A DNA stretch of 64,000 nt, taken from Candidatus Azambacteria bacterium (lineage in GTDB: Bacteria > Patescibacteriota > Minisyncoccia > UBA10092). The DNA lies in NCBI GenBank assembly GCA_016213445.1, contig JACRAJ010000001.1:206203-270202 (forward strand). Direction: 5' to 3'. Positions 34,727-42,840 of this stretch are shown here, piece by piece. Numbering within the stretch: the first letter of the stretch is position 1; each line of letters begins with the position of its first letter. The position numbers were made by a program, and so were the translations under genes. The notes beneath the pieces are model-generated. The model saw only the letters and a program-made list of their open reading frames with translations. It ran no database searches and was not told the DNA's origin.

Positions 34727-35100
34727 ACCCAATTTCAGACATGTTAACAAGAATAAGGAATGCCCAATCGGCCGAACATAAAACGGTTGTTATTCCTTTA
34801 TCGAAAATAAAATTGGAAATCGCCGGAATTTTAAAGAAGGAAAATTATGTCGGCGATTATAAAAAAATCGGCAAAGGCAACAATAAAATGATGGAAATCG
34901 ATTTGCAGTATCCCGCGGTTATAAACGAAATAAAAAGAATCAGCAAGCCGGGCCACCGGATTTATGTCAAAGCGGCCGAATTGAAATCCGTTAAAAGCGG
35001 CTACGGCGTTTCCGTTATTTCCACTCCGAAGGGGCTCATGACCAATAAAGAAGCGCGCAAAGCCGGTTTGGGCGGAGAAATATTATTTGAAATTTGGTAA
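34720..35100 (+). CDS. rpsH: 30S ribosomal protein S8
   Basis: [15 protein letters not shown]; ATG 34720 overlaps the S14 stop (ATGGTAG). Confidence 0.96.
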   Translation: MVDPISDMLTRIRNAQSAEHKTVVIPLSKIKLEIAGILKKENYVGDYKKIGKGNNKMMEIDLQYPAVINEIKRISKPGHRIYVKAAELKSVKSGYGVSVISTPKGLMTNKEARKAGLGGEILFEIW

Positions 35101-35115
35101 AACTAATTATTGATT

Positions 35116-35658
35116 ATGTCTAAAGTCGGCAAAAAACCAATAGCGATTCCGGGAGGCGTTGCGGTGAGCGTTGAAGACAACGCGGTTAAAGTTAAGGGCT
35201 CTAAAGGCGAACTCTCGTTTAATTTGCCCAAGGAAGTGGAATTAAAATTGGACGGCAATCAAATTTTGGTTTTGCCCGTTGGCAAATCAAAGAAAACCCC
35301 GGCTTTATGGGGGACTGTCAGGGCCATCGTCGCCAATATGGTTGTCGGCGTGGAAAAAGGATTTGAAAAGAAATTGGAAATTGAAGGCGTCGGTTTTAAA
35401 GTCCAGCTTCAAGGCAATGATCTGGTTTTGAATTTGGGATTTTCTCACCCCGTTGTTTTTAAAACTCCCGAAGGCGTTAAAATCGGCGTTGAAAAAAACA
35501 CGATCACCGTTAGCGGCGTCTCATTGGAATTAGTCGGGCAAACTGCCGCGAATATCAGGGCGCTTAAAAAACCCGAGCCTTACAAGGGCAAAGGGATTCG
35601 TTATGCCGGCGAAGTTATTAAGCGCAAAGCCGGAAAGAAAGTCGCCGGTTCCGCTTAA
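35116..35658 (+). CDS. rplF: 50S ribosomal protein L6
   Basis: MSKVGKKPIAIPGGV..., two L6 repeats, PEPYKGKGIRY. Confidence 0.96.
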   Translation: MSKVGKKPIAIPGGVAVSVEDNAVKVKGSKGELSFNLPKEVELKLDGNQILVLPVGKSKKTPALWGTVRAIVANMVVGVEKGFEKKLEIEGVGFKVQLQGNDLVLNLGFSHPVVFKTPEGVKIGVEKNTITVSGVSLELVGQTAANIRALKKPEPYKGKGIRYAGEVIKRKAGKKVAGSA

Positions 35659-35675
35659 TTTGAAAATAAATTGAT

Positions 35676-36011
35676 ATGACCAAGATTAAAAATATAAAAA
35701 TTAAAAAACAAGCGAGGCATAAAAGAATCAGAGCGAAAATAAAAGGGGCGGAAAATCGGCCGCGAATTTCGGTTTTTAAATCGAATAAATATATTTACGC
35801 CCAGCTTATCGACGATAAAAACGGCAAAACATTGATTGCGATTTCAGGCGATAAGGGGCTTAAATCGGCTTACGAAGTCGGAAAGTCATTGGCGAAGAAA
35901 GCGGCGGCAAAGGGAGTAAGCGAGGTTGTTTTTGATCGCGGCGGATATAAATTTCACGGAGCGGTTTTAGAATTAGCAAAAGGCGCGAGGGAAGGCGGCC
36001 TTAAATTTTAA
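35676..36011 (+). CDS. rplR: 50S ribosomal protein L18
   Basis: [41 protein letters not shown]. Confidence 0.96.
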   Translation: MTKIKNIKIKKQARHKRIRAKIKGAENRPRISVFKSNKYIYAQLIDDKNGKTLIAISGDKGLKSAYEVGKSLAKKAAAKGVSEVVFDRGGYKFHGAVLELAKGAREGGLKF

Positions 36012-36020
36012 TTTTCAAAT

Positions 36021-36509
36021 ATGTTGAACAAAAGAAATCCCAATATTAAAAGAGGTTTCCAAAGGGAAAAATCTGAATTTGATCAGAAAGTTTTGGATAT
36101 CAGAAGGGTAACCCGAGTTGTGGCCGGCGGAAAAAGGTTTCGTTTTCGAGCCACGATTGTTTTAGGCGACCATAAAGGGCGCGTTGGCGTTGGCATTGCC
36201 AAAGGCGCCGATACTTCGGAAGCCATAGAAAAAGCCGGGCGGAGCGCGAAAAAGAATCTGATTTTTGTTCCGATGAAAAACAGCACCATTCCCCATGAAG
36301 TTGTCGGCAAATTTTCCAGCGCCGTGGTATTGTTCAGGCCGGCCGGGGAAGGCAGGGGCATTGTGGCCGGCGGCCCGATTCGGGCTGTGGCGAGTTTGGC
36401 GGGCATAGGCAATGTCACGTCCAAGATTTTGGGAACGACCACCAACAAATTAAACAACGCTCGGGCGGCGATAGAAGCGCTGAAAAAATTAAAATCTAAA
36501 CGACAATAA
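36021..36509 (+). CDS. rpsE: 30S ribosomal protein S5
   Basis: VLDIRRVTRVVAGGKRFRFRATIVLGD, GIGIAKG. Confidence 0.96.
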   Translation: MLNKRNPNIKRGFQREKSEFDQKVLDIRRVTRVVAGGKRFRFRATIVLGDHKGRVGVGIAKGADTSEAIEKAGRSAKKNLIFVPMKNSTIPHEVVGKFSSAVVLFRPAGEGRGIVAGGPIRAVASLAGIGNVTSKILGTTTNKLNNARAAIEALKKLKSKRQ

Positions 36510-36638
36510 TTTTCAAATTTACAATTTACAATTTTCAAATCCCATTGAATTTTCAATGAATCAATGTTCCAAACATTTGAAAATTAAAACATTAAATCAT
36601 TGATTGAAAATTGAGAATTGGAAATTGGAAATTTTTAA
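36510..36638. repeat. Family C AT-rich heptad-periodic imperfect palindrome occupying the slot where rpmD (L30) normally lies
   Basis: TTTCAAATTTACAATTTACAATTTTCAAATCCCATTGAATTTTCAATGAATCAATG ... CATTAAATCATTGATTGAAAATTGAGAATTGGAAATTGGAAATTTTT; ends 4 nt before rplO ATG. Confidence 0.7.
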
Positions 36639-36642
36639 TAAT

Positions 36643-37083
36643 ATGCAATTACACAATATAAAACCGAAAAATAAATTAAGGAAATCAAAAAGAGTCGCCC
36701 GCGGAGGAAAGCGCGGCGGTTATTCCGGCCGCGGCATCAAAGGCCAAAAGTCCCGCGCCGGCGCGAAAATCAGGCCGGCAATTCGCGACTTAATGATGAA
36801 ATTTCCTAAAGCGCGCGGCCGAGCGAAGCATGCTTTTAAGAGTATAGTTGCCAAGCCGGCGATTTTGAATTTGAAAGACATAGAAAATAATTTTCAAAAT
36901 GGAGAAATAGTGAGCCCAAACGTTCTTTTTGAAAAAAGTTTGGTTGGACGGCCCAAAAAAGGTAAGCTGAAAGTAAAAATTTTAAGCGAAGGAGAAATTT
37001 CTAAAAAACTTTCTTTCCAGAATGTTTCACTGTCAAAAGCGGCGCGCGATAAAATTGAAAAAGCGGGAGGCAGTATAAAATAA
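36643..37083 (+). CDS. rplO: 50S ribosomal protein L15
   Basis: MQLHNIKPKNKLRKSKRVARGGKRGGYSGRGIKGQKSR; start moved to ATG 36643 (the upstream extension is translated repeat). Confidence 0.95.
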   Translation: MQLHNIKPKNKLRKSKRVARGGKRGGYSGRGIKGQKSRAGAKIRPAIRDLMMKFPKARGRAKHAFKSIVAKPAILNLKDIENNFQNGEIVSPNVLFEKSLVGRPKKGKLKVKILSEGEISKKLSFQNVSLSKAARDKIEKAGGSIK

Positions 37084-37090
37084 GATTAAG

Positions 37091-38362
37091 ATGATCGAAA
37101 AAATCGTTCAACTTTTTAAAGTGAAAGATTTGCGAAACCGAATTTTTTTCGTTTTGGCGCTTTTGGCGGTTTTCCGCCTTATGGCCGTTATTCCGGTTCC
37201 CGGCGTCGATGTGATTCGTTTGAAGTCTTTTTTTGAAGGCAATCAGCTTTTCGGATTGCTTAATATTTTTTCCGGCGGCGCCTTGTCTAATCTTTCCATC
37301 GTGATGCTTGGCGTCGGCCCTTACATCACCGCTTCAATTATTATGCAGCTTTTAACAATGCTTATTCCGGCATTGAAAGAGCTTTACAGCGAAGAAGGCG
37401 AAATAGGCCGCCAGAAATTTAATCAATACACAAGATATTTGGCGGTGCCTTTGGCCGCCCTTCAGGGGTTCGGCCTTTTGGTTTTGTTAAGAAATCAGCA
37501 AATTATAACCACGCAAAGTTCGCTGGTCTTCTTGTCATCGGTTTTTACGGTGACGGCCGGTTCGATATTTTTAATGTGGATCGGCGAATTGATAACGGAA
37601 AAAAACGTCGGCAACGGCATTTCGCTTTTAATTTTTGCCGGCATTATCGCCCGATTGCCGACTGATTTGAAGCAAACGTTAATCAATTACGACCCTTCAC
37701 AAATTCCGGTTTATCTCGCTTTTATTGTTGTTTCTTTGATAGTTATCGCCGGAGTTGTCGTGATCACCGAGGGCGAAAGGGCTATACCGGTGGCTTATGC
37801 AAAAAGAGTGAGAGGTAGCAGGGTTTATGGCGGTTCCATGGCGCATTTGCCGTTAAGGGTTAATCAGGCCGGCGTTATTCCGATTATTTTCGCTCTTTCG
37901 ATTTTGCTTTTCCCGCAGCTTATCGCCAAAATGCTCAGCAATTCGCACATTTTATGGCTCTCCCAATTGGCGCAAGGGGTGGAGATATTTTTAAGGAATC
38001 AGTTTGTTTACGGTTCGATGTATTTTTTACTGGTAATTCTATTCACATATTTTTACACGGCGGTCACTTTCGATCCCGAACAAATTTCCCAAAATCTGCA
38101 AAAGCAGGGCGGATTTATTCCCGGCATCAGGCCCGGAAATTCCACTGCGGAATATATAAAACATATTTTAAACAGAGTGGTTTTAATTGGCGCCGTATTT
38201 TTGGGCGCGGTGGCGATTTTGCCGATAATTGTGCAATATTTTACCGGAATCGCCACTTTAACCATTGGCGGCACCGCTCTTTTGATTGTGGTTTCGGTGA
38301 TTTTGGAAAGCATGAAACAAATCAACTCTCAATTGGCGATGCGTGAATATGAAGGGTTCTAA
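37091..38362 (+). CDS. secY: Preprotein translocase subunit SecY
   Basis: 10-TM profile, FSGGALSNLSIVMLGVGPYITASIIMQLL, GGFIPGIRPG. Confidence 0.97.
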   Translation: MIEKIVQLFKVKDLRNRIFFVLALLAVFRLMAVIPVPGVDVIRLKSFFEGNQLFGLLNIFSGGALSNLSIVMLGVGPYITASIIMQLLTMLIPALKELYSEEGEIGRQKFNQYTRYLAVPLAALQGFGLLVLLRNQQIITTQSSLVFLSSVFTVTAGSIFLMWIGELITEKNVGNGISLLIFAGIIARLPTDLKQTLINYDPSQIPVYLAFIVVSLIVIAGVVVITEGERAIPVAYAKRVRGSRVYGGSMAHLPLRVNQAGVIPIIFALSILLFPQLIAKMLSNSHILWLSQLAQGVEIFLRNQFVYGSMYFLLVILFTYFYTAVTFDPEQISQNLQKQGGFIPGIRPGNSTAEYIKHILNRVVLIGAVFLGAVAILPIIVQYFTGIATLTIGGTALLIVVSVILESMKQINSQLAMREYEGF

Positions 38363-38960
38363 AATCGCCATAGTTATTTTGGGCCGGCCCGGCTCGGGCA
38401 AAGACACGCAGGCAAAACTTTTGGCGAAAAAATTCGGGTTGGTTCACATAATTTCAAGCAAAGTTATTGAAAAAGCTTTAAAATCCCGCGAAACAAACAT
38501 TAAGCTTGGAGGCAGGGTTTATAATCTCGAACGCGAGCGCCGCTTGCAAAAAAGCGGTTCTTTAAATACTCCCGAATTCGTTTTGGCGCTTATCAAATCG
38601 GAAATAGAATCGGCGGCTTTGCGCGGTCGGGGGATTGTGATGAGCGGCTCGCCGAGAACTTTAAAAGAATTGAAGGGCGAGTGGCCGCTGATTGAAAAAT
38701 TATACGGAAAAAATATTTTCGCTTTTAACGTGATTATCAGCCCCAAGGAATCTTATATCAGGAATTTGAAGCGGCGCCGCAAAGATTTGCCGGAGCTCGA
38801 CACTCGGAAACTTATAAAAAAACGATTGGCGGTTTTTATGAACGAAACTTGGCCGGCGATAAAACTGCTGAAATCCAAAAAAATGATTATCGACATCGAC
38901 GGCGAACGGCCGATAATGAAAATCCACAAAAATATTTTGAAAATATTGTCGCTAAAATAA
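38349..38960 (+). CDS. adk: Adenylate kinase-like nucleoside-monophosphate kinase (divergent)
   Basis: P-loop ILGRPGSGKDTQ, GSPRT in place of GFPRT, conserved secY-adk-map position; ATG 38349 (GTG 38343 also possible). Confidence 0.75.
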   Translation: MKGSKIAIVILGRPGSGKDTQAKLLAKKFGLVHIISSKVIEKALKSRETNIKLGGRVYNLERERRLQKSGSLNTPEFVLALIKSEIESAALRGRGIVMSGSPRTLKELKGEWPLIEKLYGKNIFAFNVIISPKESYIRNLKRRRKDLPELDTRKLIKKRLAVFMNETWPAIKLLKSKKMIIDIDGERPIMKIHKNILKILSLK

Positions 38961-39107
38961 AAACAACCCCGTATTCGTTTTCTCGCGGGTTGTGAGCCCG
39001 AGCGGGCATGGTTCTTCCGCCGAAGGCGGAAGAGAGCGAGGGCGAACCCTTTCATTTCCCTCGCAGGGGGAAATGAAAAAAGCGAGAAAGTGAATGCGGG
39101 GTTGTTT
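38961..39107 (+). repeat. Family B structured intergenic element, copy 1
   Basis: Outer stem AAACAACCCCGTATTC / GAATGCGGGGTTGTTT; core GCGGGTTGTGAGCCCGAGCGGGCATGGTT-[hairpin, loop GAA]-AGAGCGAGGGCGAACCCTTTCATTTCCC...GGGAAATGAAAAAAGCG; homologous to 47229-47370 inverted. Confidence 0.85.
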
Positions 39108-39122
39108 GTAAAGAAAGAAAAG

Positions 39123-39887
39123 ATGATCACGATAAAAACAAAAGAAGAAATAGAAATTTTGAAAGAAGGCGGGAAAATTTTAGCCGATGTGTTAAATGAG
39201 ATTTCAAAATTTGCGAAGCCCGGCGTCAGTACCGGTTTGTTGAATCAAAAAGCCCGCGAGATGATTTTGGCTCGCGGCGCCGAACCGTCATTCGAGGGAT
39301 ATAAGCCGAGTTTTTCCGCCAAACCGTATCCGGCCGCCATTTGCGCGTCGCTCAATAGCGTCGTGGTTCATGGTCTGCCTTCCGAAAATGTTTTTTTAAA
39401 AGACGGAGATATTTTAAAATTAGACTTCGGAGTTAAATATAAAAATCTTTTCACCGATGCGGCGACAACAATCGGCGTCGGCAAAATGGCCGGTGAAAAA
39501 AACAAATTGATCGAAACCACGAAACGCGCGCTGGAGCTGGCTGTTAATGAGGTGAAATCGGGAAACCGCATCGGCGATATCGGCTACGCCATAGAAAATT
39601 ACGTTAAAAAACAAGGATTTTCCGTTGTTGAAGTTTTGGTCGGCCACGGCGTCGGCTACGCGGTTCACGAGGAGCCGAATATTCCGAACTACGGCAAAAA
39701 AGGCGATGGATTGGTTTTGAAATCGGGGATGGTTTTAGCCATCGAGCCGATGGTAACCATGGGAAGCGACAAGGTTAAAGAATCCCAAGACGGTTTCGGC
39801 TATGAAACCGTTGACGGCTCCCTTGCGGCTCATTTCGAACACACCGTCGCCGTCACGGACACCGGCGGCTTAATATTGACGAAATAA
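39123..39887 (+). CDS. map: Methionine aminopeptidase, type I
   Basis: MITIKTKEEIEILKEGG, AICASLNSVVVHGLP, DFGVKY, HGVGYAVHEEP, LAIEPM; start moved to ATG 39123 outside the repeat. Confidence 0.95.
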   Translation: MITIKTKEEIEILKEGGKILADVLNEISKFAKPGVSTGLLNQKAREMILARGAEPSFEGYKPSFSAKPYPAAICASLNSVVVHGLPSENVFLKDGDILKLDFGVKYKNLFTDAATTIGVGKMAGEKNKLIETTKRALELAVNEVKSGNRIGDIGYAIENYVKKQGFSVVEVLVGHGVGYAVHEEPNIPNYGKKGDGLVLKSGMVLAIEPMVTMGSDKVKESQDGFGYETVDGSLAAHFEHTVAVTDTGGLILTK

Positions 39888-39889
39888 TT

Positions 39890-40261
39890 ATGAAAATTTT
39901 GGGAATTGATTATGGGTTGAAATGGATTGGGACGGCCGTTTCCGACGATGAAAGGAAAATGGCTTTTCCTTATGAAACCTTGGAAAATAATTCCAAGCTT
40001 TTTTCGCGTTTGAATGATATAGTAAAAAAAGAGGAGATATATAAAATAGTCATCGGCTTGCCGCTGAATAAAAAAATGAAGCCGACAAACCAAACAACGG
40101 AGGTTGAAAACTGGGCCGAGAGATTGATTAAAAATGTTGAAGTTCCGATTGATTTCGAAAATGAGATTTTTACAAGCAAAGCGGCAGCTAGATACGGGAT
40201 AAAAAACAATCACTCGGCCGCCGCCGCGATTTTATTGCAAAGTTATTTGGATAGAAAATAA
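39890..40261 (+). CDS. ruvX: Putative pre-16S rRNA nuclease / Holliday-junction-resolvase-like RuvX (YqgF)
   Basis: MKILGIDYGLKWIGTAVSD (RNase H-fold DxG), IVIGLPLN, 123 aa. Confidence 0.85.
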   Translation: MKILGIDYGLKWIGTAVSDDERKMAFPYETLENNSKLFSRLNDIVKKEEIYKIVIGLPLNKKMKPTNQTTEVENWAERLIKNVEVPIDFENEIFTSKAAARYGIKNNHSAAAAILLQSYLDRK

Positions 40262-40280
40262 AACTTTTTATGTCTCTTTT

Positions 40281-40425
40281 TTCAAACCAATATAAATAAT
40301 TTTCCTCGCGCATTCGGCCGCCCAGCGGCGGCCTCATTGTCCGATGAAAGCGTTTTGCTCCGCTATGCGGAGACCATGCCAAAACGCTTTCATAAGCTTC
40401 GTAAAATTATTTATATTGTTTTGAA
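40281..40425 (+). repeat. Family A structured intergenic element, copy 1
   Basis: 23-bp outer stem TTCAAACCAATATAAATAATTTT / AAAATTATTTATATTGTTTTGAA (1 mismatch); hp1 GGCCGCC-CAGC-GGCGGCC; 14-bp stem ATGAAAGCGTTTTG / CAAAACGCTTTCAT enclosing hp2 CTCCGC-TAT-GCGGAG. Confidence 0.9.
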
Positions 40426-40465
40426 ATGAAAAAAGCGAAAAAATAAAATAATTGATTTTTTTCGC

Positions 40466-40495
40466 TTGAAATTCATTATCTGAATCTGTTAAAAT
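40466..40495 (+). promoter_or_regulatory. Extended -10 promoter placing the start site at the GT2 ATG (leaderless)
   Basis: TTGAAA (40466-40471), 18-nt spacer, TGtTAAAAT (40487-40495), 7 nt, ATG 40503. Confidence 0.55.
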
Positions 40496-40502
40496 AATTA
40501 CA

Positions 40503-41240
40503 ATGTCCAAGCATTTATCTGTCATTATTCCGGTTTATAATGAAGAACGGAGAATAGGAAGCACTCTTGAAGCTGTTTATAATTATTTGTCGCGGCAAAA
40601 TTATTCGTGGGAAGTGATTGTTGTTTCCGACGGCAGTTCCGACAGGACTGTTGAAGTGGTTTCCAAGTTTATAAGCGATAAACCCGGATTCAGTTTGCTT
40701 GCCAATACCGTAAATCATGGCAAAGGTTTTGTGGTAAGGCAGGGAATGTTGCGGGCTCAAGGCGATTTTCGCCTTTTTACCGATGCCGATAATTCCACTT
40801 CGATAGAACAAATAGAAAAGTTCTGGCCATATCTCAATGAAGGCTACGATGTTGTTATCGGATCAATTGAATTGCCCGGCGCCGTGATTAACGAGCAGGC
40901 CCAATGGTACAGGCGTTTTTTGGGCCGCTATTCGAAATATTTGATTCGGGTTGTGGCGGGGCTTTGGCAGATTCGCGACACCCAAAGGGGTTTTAAATGT
41001 TTTAGCGCCAAATCGGCTCATGATATTTTTTCCCGCGCCGAAATCAATCGCTTCGGTTTTGATATAGAAATTTTGGCTTTGGCAAAAAAATTTGGATATA
41101 AAATAAAAGAATTGCCGGTTGTCTGGAATAATCCCGGCAATTCCACGGTTGGTTTGAAGAGTTATTTTCAGGTTTTGAAAGATTTGTTCAAAATAAGATT
41201 TAATTTGTGGCTTAACGTTTATGGCGCCGCAAAAAAATAA
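40503..41240 (+). CDS. Family-2 glycosyltransferase (dolichyl/polyprenyl-phosphate hexosyltransferase-like)
   Basis: LSVIIPVYNEE, VIVVSDGSSD, FTDADNS, 245 aa soluble GT-A fold. Confidence 0.85.
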   Translation: MSKHLSVIIPVYNEERRIGSTLEAVYNYLSRQNYSWEVIVVSDGSSDRTVEVVSKFISDKPGFSLLANTVNHGKGFVVRQGMLRAQGDFRLFTDADNSTSIEQIEKFWPYLNEGYDVVIGSIELPGAVINEQAQWYRRFLGRYSKYLIRVVAGLWQIRDTQRGFKCFSAKSAHDIFSRAEINRFGFDIEILALAKKFGYKIKELPVVWNNPGNSTVGLKSYFQVLKDLFKIRFNLWLNVYGAAKK

Positions 41241-41250
41241 AAAAGATTTC

Positions 41251-42228
41251 ATGTCGGAATTCCGCCAGGATCTTGTTTCCGGCGACTGGATTTTACTCGC
41301 TCCCAAAAGAGGGGAGAGGTTTGGATTTAAAGAAAGGGCGAAGGTAAAACTTGCGAAAAACAAATGCCCTTTTGAAAATCCCGCTAAATTCGGAAACGCG
41401 CCGGCGGTTTTGGTTTATCAAAATAAAAAAAAAGACGATTGGTTTTTACAGGTGATTCCGAACAAGTATCCGGCAGTCGGGCGAGGGAATTGCGAGCCGA
41501 CGCACCGAAAAGATTTGCATAAAATGCACGCCGGAACGGGTTTTCATGAAATAGTCATTTATAGAGATCATAACCGTTATTTGGCCGATTTTATCGCGGA
41601 TGATATTAAAAATATCGCGGCGGCTTTTCAAGATCGGTATAAAAGTTTGGCTGAAGATAAATGCATTGAGTATATTTCCATTTTTCATAATCACGGCAAG
41701 GAAGCCGGTTCGACCGTGCCTCATCCCCATTCCCAAATCCTGGCCATGCCGATTATTCCGCCCGATGTCAGCCACAGCATCAACGGCTCGCGCCGCTATT
41801 TTAACGAATACGGAAAATGCGTTCATTGCCAAATGCTGGCTCAAGAACTTAAAGAGGGGGAAAGAGTGATTTATGAAAATAACGGAATGGTTGTCATTGC
41901 TCCTTTCGCTTCCCGCACGAATTTCGAAATAAGGATTTTTCCAAAAAAACACTCCGCTTATTTTGAAAAAGCCGGCGAACAAGAATTGGCGCATCTTGCC
42001 GACGCTTTGAAGTTTTCGCTTTCTAAAATTAACAAAAAGTTGAAAGATCCGGCTTTTAATTTCTTCATTCACACGGCGCCGGCGGTTAAAAGCCGCGATT
42101 ACAGCCATTATCACTGGCATGTGGAAATTTTGCCGAAATTCGGCATTTTCGGCGGCTTTGAATTGGGCACGGGCATGGATATTATCACTATGGCTCCGGA
42201 AAAAGCCGCTGAAATTTTACGCAAATAA
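41251..42228 (+). CDS. galT: Galactose-1-phosphate uridylyltransferase family (HIT-like) protein
   Basis: FRQDLVSGDWILLAPKR, FHNHGKEAGSTVPHPHSQI (HxHxQ); start at ATG 41251 preferred, ATG 41221 also open. Confidence 0.8.
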   Translation: MSEFRQDLVSGDWILLAPKRGERFGFKERAKVKLAKNKCPFENPAKFGNAPAVLVYQNKKKDDWFLQVIPNKYPAVGRGNCEPTHRKDLHKMHAGTGFHEIVIYRDHNRYLADFIADDIKNIAAAFQDRYKSLAEDKCIEYISIFHNHGKEAGSTVPHPHSQILAMPIIPPDVSHSINGSRRYFNEYGKCVHCQMLAQELKEGERVIYENNGMVVIAPFASRTNFEIRIFPKKHSAYFEKAGEQELAHLADALKFSLSKINKKLKDPAFNFFIHTAPAVKSRDYSHYHWHVEILPKFGIFGGFELGTGMDIITMAPEKAAEILRK

Positions 42229-42229
42229 T

Positions 42230-42829
42230 ATGGAATCTTTTTTCGGATTTGATCTTGCGACATTTATCAAGGCGGCCGGCTATCTCGGCATTTTGGGGAT
42301 TGTTTTTGCCGAGTCGGGCCTTTTTCTCGGCTTTTTTCTTCCCGGGGATTCCTTGGTTTTTACCGCCGGTTTTTTGGCGTCTCAAGGATATTTTAATATC
42401 GCGATCCTGTGCTCGATATGCTTTGCCGGAGCGGTTTTGGGTGACAGTTTTGGCTACGCTTTCGGCAAAAAAACCGGTCCCAAATTATTCAAAAAAGAAG
42501 ATTCTTTTCTATTTAAAAAAAGCCATCTTGAAAAAGCGCGGATTTTTTATGAAGCTTATGGTGGCAAAACAATTGTCCTGGCGCGGTTTATGCCGATTGT
42601 CAGAACATTCGCTCCCATTCTCGCCGGCGTCGGCGAGATGAATTATTTTGTTTTTTTGTTTTATAATATTATCGGCGGCGCGTTATGGGCGGTGGGATTG
42701 TCGCTGGTCGGTTATTTGCTGGGAAATGTTATTCCGAATGTCGACAGGTATATAATTCCCATCGTGGTTGCCATAATCATCGCTTCAATTTTGCCGCCGA
42801 TTATTCATATATTGAGGGATAAAAAATAA
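42230..42829 (+). CDS. dedA: DedA-family membrane protein
   Basis: GILGIVFAESGLFLGFFLPGDSLVFTAGFLA, RFMPIVRTFAPILAG; start moved to ATG 42230, 1 nt after the galT stop. Confidence 0.88.
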   Translation: MESFFGFDLATFIKAAGYLGILGIVFAESGLFLGFFLPGDSLVFTAGFLASQGYFNIAILCSICFAGAVLGDSFGYAFGKKTGPKLFKKEDSFLFKKSHLEKARIFYEAYGGKTIVLARFMPIVRTFAPILAGVGEMNYFVFLFYNIIGGALWAVGLSLVGYLLGNVIPNVDRYIIPIVVAIIIASILPPIIHILRDKK

Positions 42830-42840
42830 CTGTTGGAATT

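Noticed and set aside
38753-39130. 125-aa minus-strand ORF spanning the adk 3' end and family B copy 1
   Set aside because: It is antisense to adk, runs through the repeat, and has no counterpart over the second B copy. The composition looks like translated structured DNA.
40330-40345. Hammerhead-like CCGATGAAAGC in the family A core
   Set aside because: It resembles CUGAUGA...GAAA, but the conserved U is a C and there is no stem II between GAUGA and GAAA. The element also occurs in both orientations. There is no support for a known self-cleaving ribozyme class.
40188-40382. ORFs of 60-64 aa beginning MAWSP(H/R)SGAKRFHRTMR... over family A copies (also 60022-60207)
   Set aside because: They start at TTG and lie entirely within the repeat. 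In the 46780 and 49362 copies the same frame changes non-conservatively or breaks exactly where the hairpin stems co-vary. The conservation is at nucleotide and structure level, not protein level.
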